Source: Thraustochytrium aureum
Taxonomy: Eukaryota
Reading direction: 5' to 3'
Assembly: GCA_012862495.1 (NCBI GenBank)
Contig: BLSG01000081.1
Location: 169,186 to 190,259, forward strand
DNA length: 21,074 nt
Numbering within the stretch: position 1 is the stretch's first letter; every line of letters starts with the position of its first letter. The notes under the pieces are model-generated. The model saw only the letters and a program-made list of their open reading frames with translations, was not told the origin of the DNA and did no database searches. The position numbers were made by a program, and so were the translations under genes. Below, piece after piece: positions 1 to 9,004 of the stretch.

Positions 1-3000
1 CCCGTGCGCGAGCATCGAACACGTTGGCACGCGTCTTCCGCGCGCCCCCGGCGCGCAAAAGTGTTCGCACTTGCAGGGGCGACTTGCGCGACGTGCGCAA
101 TCGGTCGCAATGCAAGCGGCAAAGAAAGGGACCGAACCCGGCCCGCTGCGCAGCACATGCAGCATCCGCCGACCCACCCAAGCTCGGGCTTGTCGAGACC
201 GGCCGGCGAGCCGAACGGAGCCAACGATGGTCGCGGAGCAGTTCTGAACCGAAGGAGAGGGGCTTCCTTCTCGTCAGAGCCAACGACGCCCAGCCTGGCT
301 GGGGAAACTGAGAACACGCAGAGCGCAGCCAACGACAACTTTCGTGCGCAAGCGCAACTTGCTGATGCGACCAAGGACGCCGGGTCGGTGCTGAAGCGCC
401 AGGGCTCGCTCCCCAGCATTGCGGCGGCCATGACCTCGGTATGCAACAGATCTCTGGCCCGCGCCGGGAGCTTTTGCCATGGTGTACGGCGCAATTTTGC
501 AACTCGATCTAAAACCGATGGCAACCTGCCGCGCTGGAAGCCGCTCAATGACCGCGAGAAGCCACGTGTGCTGGAAAGGCGCCCCAGCGAGCTGAGCGCG
601 TCGGGCTCGGAGAGCGCGCGGCTGACACTCACAGACTGCTTTCGCCTCGTGGCACTCGGTGCTCCCACCAGTGCGCCCAACCAGCAGCCGCAGCGCCCGC
701 GCAGACCCGCGCCGACGCTCAAGCCGTGTAGCGGCGACCTGGTCCGCGCTTTCAGCTGGGCGCTGTCGACTGACGGCGGCCATCACCCGCTCGAGTCTCT
801 CGTTCCGTACCAGGTTCGCAGCCGGCTCGCGGTCCTCGATGCGATGTCGCCGTCGCAGGCGACCCGCGAGAGGTTTTGGGAGGACTCCAAGTTCGCCGAG
901 ATGCGGCACGTGACAGTGCTCTTCATCAAGATACACTCGATTACAGAGCAGAGCTTTGCGAACGCCTTAAACTCGAGCGATCCCGCAGACCCGAGCGATG
1001 CGGACCCCGGCACCGGGCTTCGCGACCTCGAAGATGGATTCGATGGCCCCAGCGAAAGCGGCGCTGGCGACGAGAGGCGCCAAGGAGCTCGACAAGAGCG
1101 CGGCCGTATGCTTGCAGATGCGATCCACGAGTCGCTCCTGGTTATCGAAGCCAACCTGTACCGGTATGGTGGCATGCTTCGCCAGATGCTCTGCGACGAC
1201 AAGGGCACAGTTGCAATCGGGGTATTCGGCGTGCCGGGCGCAACTGACTCGGACGAGTCCAACCTGCGTGCGGATGACGTGTGCTTCGCACTCCTGTGCG
1301 CCCTGGAAATTCAAAACGGACTTGCCGCGCACGAGTACGAGTTCAAGTCGTGCGTTGGGGTTGCCACAGGGCAGGCGTACTGCGGAATAGTTGGTTCCTC
1401 GACGCGGGCGGAGTACGCCATAGTCGGCGACACGGTCAACACGGCCGCGCGCATCATGGGTCGCACGGATCCCAACAACCTCGAGCGGGCAGTCGCGTGC
1501 GACAAAGAAACCAAGCGCGAGTGCAGCTCAAGCTCGATGGTGGCCTTCCGAAGCACGGTGGACCACTTCAACGTGAAGAACAAGTCCGCCGCGGTCGAAC
1601 TCCACTACCCGTTTTTACCGGAGATGGACGCGCCGGAGGAAGACGTGGCCCCGCTCTTTGGCCAGGATTTGGCAAAGTCCGTCATTGCCGATGTCATCGC
1701 GCCAAAGCCGAATTGCCACGCGGCCAGAACAACAAACCAAGTTGTGCTTTTCCAAGGCGACGCAGGAATGGGCAAGTCCAGAGTGTGGGCTTACGCTTGC
1801 GAGCGAGCGCGTCAGGGGCCACCGACGCAGTACGCGTCTTCGCTCAACCGCGGAAACACGCAGACCGTGTACAAAATCAAGTGCAAACAGCTCGCGGGCG
1901 ACTCGGCTAACCTTGGGGCGGCCCGCAGGTTCTACGAGCAGCTTCTCACCTGCTCCGACGCGGGGTGGGTTGGCCGCGTCGCTTTGCTTTGCAAGCGCCG
2001 CAACCAGCGAGCGCTCCNNNNNNNNNNNNNNNNNNNNNNNNNNNNNNNNNNNNNNNNNNNNNNNNNNNNNNNNNNNNNNNNNNNNNNNNNNNNNNNNNNN
2101 NNNNNNNNNNNNNNNNNNNNNNNNNNNNNNNNNNNNNNNNNNNNNNNNNNNNNNNNNNNNNNNNNNNNNNNNNNNNNNNNNNNNNNNNNNNNNNNNNNNN
2201 NNNNNNNNNNNNNNNNNNNNNNNNNNNNNNNNNNNNNNNNNNNNNNNNNNNNNNNNNNNNNNNNNNNNNNNNNNNNNNNNNNNNNNNNNNNNNNNNNNNN
2301 NNNNNNNNNNNNNNNNAGCGCTCCAGTACCTGGACCTTCTCGGGAGACGTTTTCCCGGAGGCGAGCGCTGAGCTGTGCGCGGTACGCAAGGCCGCCGGTT
2401 TCGTCGCGCCTCCGTTGGACGGCGATGGCGACAGGCCGGCTCGTCTAGCTGCCCTCGTGTGCCTGCTTGTCTCGATCTTTCAGATGAACTACACGTTCGA
2501 GCCTGTCGTGCTCGCGATGGACGACGTCGACCACTTGGATGACATGTCGTGGACCTGGCTCCTCGTCCTCGCTTCCACATGTTCGATGCGCGACCTCGAG
2601 CGATACTCGCCTCTCGATCCGCACGGGGTCGCGCCTGAGGAAGCTGACGAGCATGAGGAACAGGAGGGCTATTGCGGCCTCTCCCAGGCAGCCGAGGATC
2701 AGGAAGGAATCGCACTCTTGGCGCAGGATGCGTCTGGGGAGCCGGCAACTGGGGAGAAGCGAGCGTCGCGCTCGCGGGGGGCGCCTGACATGAGTTTGAA
2801 GCCCGACCCGGCTGGCTCGTTGCGACGGCGCTACGGTTCAGGTCTCCCGAATGCCCGCCGTCGCCGCAGCTGCACCGCTGTCCCTGACAAGCCCTTGCTG
2901 CCGCAGCCCCCCCCGCGGATTCATACTTTCGTCAAGTTGCCCGCGCCAGCCTTGGCACCGGTAGCGCCGTCAGAGCTGCTCCCGCCGCTGCCCCGTCGCG

Positions 3001-3866
3001 GTTCATTGCGCGAAGACAAACGCGACTCGAAGGCGCGACTTCACCGGCGAACACTTTCGCGCGAGCTCGGCAAGGAGTGCGCGCAGATCCCTGGGACAGC
3101 ATCGTCAAGCAAAGGGGCACTTCGACACCTCTTCACCCGGGAGCGCGGGCTCCCTCCAGGCCACGAAGCGGCCGCAAAGCCCGGATCCTGTCGCTCCGCC
3201 AAGGATGCTTTGCGAGGGCCAGGGAACTCATCACTTGGAGTCACCAGCGCCCTGGGGGAGGGTTGGGTCGTCTCTTTGGACGAGGACGACTTCAGTGCTC
3301 AGCTAACTGCGTTCGCAGATCTCTTTGGGGTCCTGGAGGCTGGGCCCCGGACGCTCCTGTCGATCGTGATGACCGCGCCGTCGACAACCGATGCAGCTTT
3401 GGAGCGCCGTCTCGCAGCCCTCAAGCGGCACCACACCACGGGGCGCGTCTCGCTTCGCATGGTCCCCATCAAGCCACTGCTCGGGGCTGGAGCCGAGGCG
3501 CTCGTTGTGCAGTGCCTTGCGGCCAAGTTGCCGCGATCCTTCAGGTCGACGGCCAAGGCACCGCGGGCCCTGCTCGATGAGGTTGTTGCGCTCACACGGG
3601 GCTCTCCGCGTCTGATCGAACTCCTCGTGGATGCCGCAGTGGAGAAGGACTGTATCTTTTTCTTGGGGGGCAAGCTGGTCTTCGACCGCGACGACCTGCG
3701 CCAAGTGTTCAACATTACCGTTCGCGAGAACGAGCGCCTTGCTCCGCCCCCGATCAAGGTGCCTTCGTTTTCTGGTCGTCGCCACAGCTCCACGTCCATG
3801 CTCTCCGGCCAGCGGACGTCGCGGGGGGCCTTCTTCAGCGGATCTCATCCCATAGCATCCTCATGA
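1..3866 (+). CDS. Soluble adenylyl cyclase (ADCY10/sAC)-like protein: class III nucleotide cyclase domain + STAND (AAA_16-type) P-loop NTPase. 5' end uncertain (frame open from base 1; first ATG at 157). Spans an N-gap and one probable indel.
   Basis: Cyclase motifs EMRHVTVLFIKI, YGGMLRQMLCDDKGTVAIGVFGVPG, VGVATGQAYCGIVGSSTRAEYAIVGDTVNTAARIM and VKNK (~898-1584) resemble the C2 domain of sAC. Walker A GDAGMGKS is at 1756-1779. After the gap: Walker B PVVLAMDDVDHLDDMSW (~2502-2552) and STAND GxP motif TRGSPRLIELL (~3594-3626). Stop TGA at 3864-3866. Joins ORFs 4..2448 and 1965..3866. Confidence 0.85.
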
Positions 3867-4093
3867 CAACAAGATGCGAAGGTGGCGTCGATCTGAGCTT
3901 TGAACCTCGCGCCGTTCTCGGCAATTGAAAGCCAGAGCGAGCCGCTCGTGGGCCGGTCCAAGCTCACTTGCCTGGAGGCTGCCAGAAGAGGCAGGGTCGG
4001 ATCTCATGGGCTGCGCCCAGGGCTGCGCTCAAAGTGTAGAGTAGAGTACAACTTGTTTTGTTAGGCGCTCTCCTTGAAGCTCGAGCCACGGGC

Positions 4094-5819
4094 TTATCTT
4101 GGCGCAACGTTGCGGCGCGCGTCGCTCGAGCGGCGCCCCGCAGAAACATTAGAGCCTTTCGTCGACTTGGGCCCAGGCGCAGGAGGAAGTTCCTCGTCCT
4201 TGGTGAGGAGCTCGTGCTCTGCAGGGTCCACCTCATCCAAAAAGTTGGTCAGGTCGCTGGAAAAGGTGTGAAGGACAGTGAGCCCTGTCTTGATCCGCCG
4301 GCTGATCTCCGCGGCCTGGCGCAGGTGCGTCTCTGTAACGCCAGCGCCCCGCCGAACGCCACCCGCCAGCATTGCGCTTGTCGTCGCGTGGAAAGGAAAG
4401 CTACTCGAGCAGAACTTGCACGTCGGGTCGTACATGGCAACAAGGACTGCCTGCGTCGTGAACAAGACGGCGAGCTCAAGCGCGTAGACGAGCTTGGCTC
4501 GCACGTACTCGGCGACGAGACTGTTAATGACGACGAACAGGGGGAGGCTCAGCACCCAGACGGACGAGAGCATCGCAAACTTGTGTAAAACCCGCGCTTC
4601 GACTTGTACGTGCGCAGGGTGGTGAAGAGCGCGCGCCAGATCCAGAAAAAGAGCATGACCCGAAAGAGGATCAGCATGTACCCGGGTACTGTGTCGTACA
4701 CGTAGACCACGAGGGCTTTGTCGATGCCAAAGCGATAGTAAAGGAAGCAAGTGTACCACACGCTGATGTACAGCGTGATGTAGATTGCAAGCCGCATGCG
4801 CCCTTGCGCAGAGATCTTTCGCCGCACAATGGTCCAGCCTTTCATTACGAGCATGAGCATCGCAACGAGCGCAAACTCGCCGATGCTCGCGCAGAACAGC
4901 CCAACCGACTGGACGCCTGCGTTGATCGCGGCCAAGGGAGGGCAAAAAGGTTAGCACTCGTCCCAAGGCAGCTCGTTCTCGTTCTCGTGCGATTGCGGAT
5001 GGCCAACGTGAACTCGACCCCGCTCGCGACCCCTAACTTACCCGACTCTATCGTGCCCTTGCTTTTGTAGATTCCGAGCCACAGCACGTCCAAAAGAACA
5101 CGCGCCAATGTCGCCCAGATCGACACCGCCAACAGCTTGACGGTAAAGTGCCACTTGCGGGCATTCTGAAGCTGCACCTTGACGTACATCGTGTAGAGCC
5201 CGAGAAAAATATAAAAGAAGAGGAATGCTACAGCGGTTCCAAATAGCGTGGACTCGTCTGCTCCAAAGTACGAGAAGGAGTCTGGCTCCCCGTTCGTAAA
5301 GTTGTGCATGTAGAGCACGTCCACCCCGCCTTCGCAAAACTTGCCGCCATTCTCGGTGCACCGCGGATCGCAATTCCCAAGAGCGAAGAAGAAGTACCTG
5401 CTGCGCGAGGTCTCCACTTTGACGTTCACGCGCGCAAGCCTCATGGTGACTTCATCCCTCATCAGGTCGCGGACAAAGTACCTGTCATCCTTCAGATCGA
5501 AGACCGCGCCCGACGTCTCTTCGGCGATCTTGTATTTTTCCGTGCAGTTCATGTCGCTCCCGTAAACGCTCTCCCAAGTCGCGAACTCGTCTTCGCGCCC
5601 AGTGTCTAAAAAGTATGCGAGGACGCGGGGCGAGCTGTCCGCAGGAAACACGTACTCGGCGAAGAAGTGCCCATTGCCTGCCTCAAAGCAAAACCGCTCC
5701 AAGAACTGCCAGGACGCGCTGCCGCGGTACTCGCCCCGTACTATGCCGGCCTCTGCCAGGCCCGCCCCGAGCGCAAGGGCGACAACTGCTGCCGCGCAGC
5801 CGGAAACCTTGCCAAGCAT
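4094..5819 (-). CDS. TMEM145/GPR180-family (GOST-like) seven-transmembrane protein. Exons 5819-5042 and 4916-4094, with an apparent 1-nt deletion at ~4581.
   Basis: Signal peptide MLGKVSGCAAAVVALALGAGLAEA; N-terminal WQFLERFCF motif; luminal RSRYFFFALGNC and FSYFGADE; WHFTVKLL; LMLVMKGWTIVRRKIS; VYVYDTVPGY; C-terminal FPFH. All are recalled hallmarks of TMEM145/GPR180. Assembled from three ORF-track frames. Stop TAA at 4096-4094. Confidence 0.88.
4917..5041 (-). other. Spliceosomal intron (125 nt, phase 1) in the TMEM145-like gene
   Basis: Minus strand: donor GTAAGT at 5041, branch TGCTAAC (CTAAC at 4954-4950), pyrimidine tract CTTTTTGCCCTCCCTT, acceptor GCAG ending 4917. Splicing joins ...KGTIES-G-VQSVGLF in frame. 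Confidence 0.9.
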
Positions 5820-7287
5820 GTCGCCAATCAGAAGCCTTTCGGCCCCAGCCTCGGCCGTCCTCGAATGCGACCGCCGATCTTCCAGGCACAGCCGCCGCAG
5901 CAAGGGATTTCCGATGCAGGGCGCGCCTCGCGCCGTCCGTCGCCTTGGTCTTGACGGCGCGCGTGCCTCGAAAGCAAGGTCAGCTTTTCGCGCTTCCGCC
6001 GATCGTCGCCGATGTGGGCCGCCGCCGCCGCGAATGGGACGCCGCCGCACAGCCGTTCCGTTAGTGACTTGCGCTTCTGGCGGCTGTCCGAATTGGCGCT
6101 GGTCGGCGGAGTTGGCCCCAACCTCATCCTCCTCGATTCCATTGCGATTCAACATGTTTCAGTTACTGCCACCGGTCATATTGGCAACCTAGAGAAGCTG
6201 GTGCTCCTTGCTCTGGGCGAATTATTACCTCGAACGTCTCTCTACCGCGAGGGCGATGAAACCGTCGTGCAATCCATGGACCCAGCAGCACAAGCTGCTT
6301 GCTATTCATGAACAGCAAGTAGTAGGCGACGTCAGCAGCCGCTGAGCGGGCCTCCCTCGCGCCTCACGAGTCGTCCAGCCGGCGCCGGCGATCTCAGACG
6401 ATGTGGTCGGTCGGCCACTGCGAACAACGATCATCACGATCGGGCCGCATAGCATTGATAGCAAAGCAAAGCACCAGCAACGCTGACTTGACGAGCCTTC
6501 GGTCAAGCCCAAAGGCTGGCCAGCCAAGCGAACCAACGCCACAGGCCCAGCGACCCGAACAAACGCGAGCGCCGTGCGGCGGTCGGTGGAAATGGGCCGA
6601 GCCGCGCACCGTCAGCATCAAATCACTGCAAACCATGCCGAAGCGCAGCAAGCCATCCGCAAACAGGCAGGCAGATTGACGAGCAGACAGACTGACGACC
6701 TTCGAACGACGGCCGGCGCCACCACATGGCGCGAGCGTGTCCTTTGTTCACCGTCGCACGGAACAAGTGTACGCAGCGCGCGCAGTTCGTTGCTCGACGT
6801 CGAGATGGCCATTGGCGCAAGGGCGCTCGAGCTCCAATGCTCGAAAGCCATCCAGGCTGATCCAGCACATCCACTGCCAACCCACTCTCTCTAGCTAGAG
6901 CTGGCTTGCTAGCTCGTGCGCGAGGCAGCGAGCGGGCGCGCCAGAGCGAACGGGTCGTCGTTGAGTGCGAAGAAAGCCCCCGGCGCGCCGGCAAGGCTCG
7001 AGATTGTTGTCGTCGCCGCGTCGGTCGTGGACCTCGAAAAGATGCCTCGCCCAGGATACCAAGGCGCCGCGAGGCTCGAAATGTTCATGGAGCTTGCGCT
7101 TGCGGGGGCGCCGGCCAGGGAGGCCTTTGCTGACTTTGGAGATGCACGAGGCTTGCATGCCGAGGATGGGCAAGGCCGTAGCGCAGCCGCCGCGACGCCA
7201 GCGGGAATGAAACGGACGGCTGCGGCAGCCAACGGCGAACGGCTGGCGAATGGGGACGCGGGCAAACACGCCAGCGAGTGCGGGAAG

Positions 7288-8219
7288 ATGGCCGACCTGG
7301 AGGCTCTCGCCCCAGTCAAGTGCACCGTGTTTACGCCGTACGGGATCGGGACCGTCGAGAAGATCCGGGCCGATTCCGCCGCGCCATTCCAAGTCGCGCT
7401 GGACTGGGGCGCCCACGCGTTCCTTCGCAAGGCAGACATCAAGCGAAAAAAAAGCTGTTCGAGATGTCGGACGAGGAGCGCGTCGAAGCCGCGCACGAGC
7501 ACAAGCACAAAGGCAAGCTCAAGTTCGAAGGCGAAATGTACAATGACGCGCTCTGCGAGTACGAGCTGGCCATCCTGTACGCTCGCCAAGTAAAAGATCC
7601 TGAGGTGCACCGGACGCTCGACGTTGACAGTGAGATAGTCATTCCGTGCTACCAAAACACGGCGTTCTGCCAGATCAAGCTCGGCGCTTACTCGGAGGCT
7701 GTGGAGGCGGCGTCCGAAGCGCTCAAGCTTCGAGCAGATAGCGTCAAGGCCCTCTTCTTTCGCGGGCGCGCCAACCGCCTCCGGAGCCGCTACGACCTCG
7801 CGAAGGCCGACTTGGCAGCGGCGCTCAAAATGCAGCCCAACAGCTCGGAGCTTCGGAAAGAACTCAAGTCACTCCAGGACGAGCTTGCCAACGGGCAAGC
7901 CAAAGAGAGAGCTATGTTCAAGGGGATTCTTGCCAGCGGCTCGCCCGCGGCAGAGTCGCACAAGAGGCCACATGCTGTGGATGATCTGCCGAGCTTGGCG
8001 CAGCGGAAAAAGTCCCGCACCGGGGTGGAGGAAGAGAAAACACTTGCAGTAGCGTCGTCGGAAACCGACAAGGCCGTCGCGGCTACGGCCCCAAACACAA
8101 AGTCCGCAGCCGCTGCGCCGGCAGAGCTCTCGGTTTTGGAACGACCTACTGTGCTCGCCGCGCTCGCTGGCATCGCGATTCTCGCAGGCGTAGCGCTGGT
8201 CCTCGCTCGGCGCAAGTAG
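7288..8219 (+). CDS. TPR-domain protein (FKBP/Cyp40 co-chaperone-type 3xTPR) with a small N-terminal beta domain and a C-terminal tail anchor. Frameshift in the A8 run at 7446-7453.
   Basis: ATG at 7288 gives MADLEALAPVKCTVFTPYGIGTVEKIR...IKRKK. The -1 frame continues KLFEMSDEERVEAAHEHKHKGKLKF..YNDALCEY, CYQNTAFCQIKLGAYSEAVEAASEALKL, VKALFFRGRANRLRSRYDLAKADLAAALKMQPNSSELRKEL, KERAMFKGIL, which is a typical immunophilin-type TPR. It ends with hydrophobic VLAALAGIAILAGVALVLA + RRK-stop. No PPIase domain is visible. Confidence 0.85.
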
Positions 8220-9004
8220 ACGAAGGCGGGAAAAACANNNNNNNNNNNNNNNNNNNNNNNNNNNNNNNNNNNNNNNNNNNNNNNNNNNNNNNNNNNNNNN
8301 NNNNNNNNNNNNNNNNNNNNNNNNNNNNNNNNNNNNNNNNNNNNNNNNNNNNNNNNNNNNNNNNNNNNNNNNNNNNNNNNNNNNNNNNNNNNNNNNNNNN
8401 NNNNNNNNNNNNNNNNNNNNNNNNNNNNNNNNNNNNNNNNNNNNNNNNNNNNNNNNNNNNNNNNNNNNNNNNNNNNNNNNNNNNNNNNNNNNNNNNNNNN
8501 NNNNNNNNNNNNNNNNNNNNNNNNNNNNNNNNNNNNNNNNNNNNNNNNNNNNNNNNNNNNNNNNNNNNNNNNNNNNNNNNNNNNNNNNNNNNNNNNNNNN
8601 NNNNNNNNNNNNNNNNNNNNNNNNNNNNNNNNNNNNNNNNNNNNNNNNNNNNNNNNNNNNNNNNNNNNNNNNNNNNNNNNNNNNNNNNNNNNNNNNNNNN
8701 NNNNNNNNNNNNNNNNNNNNNNNNNNNNNNNNNNNNNNNNNNNNNNNNNNNNNNNNNNNNNNNNNNNNNNNNNNNNNNNNNNNNNNNNNNNNNNNNNNNN
8801 NNNNNNNNNNNNNNNNNNNNNNNNNNNNNNNNNNNNNNNNNNNNNNNNNNNNNNNNNNNNNNNNNNNNNNNNNNNNNNNNNNNNNNNNNNNNNNNNNNNN
8901 NNNNNNNNNNNNNNNNNNNNNNNNNNNNNNNNNNNNNNNNNNNNNNNNNNNNNNNNNNNNNNNNNNNNNNNNNNNNNNNNNNNNNNNNNNNNNNNNNNNN
9001 NNNN

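Noticed and set aside
1..3866. Bacterial antiphage cyclase/STAND (Pycsar/Avs-like) system with a neighbouring membrane effector
   Set aside because: The locus is eukaryotic with introns, the neighbours are convergent housekeeping-type genes rather than an operon, and the motifs fit the sAC-like family.
5820..6155. 112-aa N-terminal extension of the TMEM145-like ORF
   Set aside because: The ORF begins at a non-ATG codon and is Arg-rich and unstructured. A clean signal peptide starts at ATG5819.
6916..7287. Upstream in-frame extension of the TPR gene (ATGs at ~7042, 7081, 7207)
   Set aside because: No recognisable features. ATG7288 has good context (AAGATGG) and immediately precedes the folded domain. 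An earlier start cannot be fully excluded.
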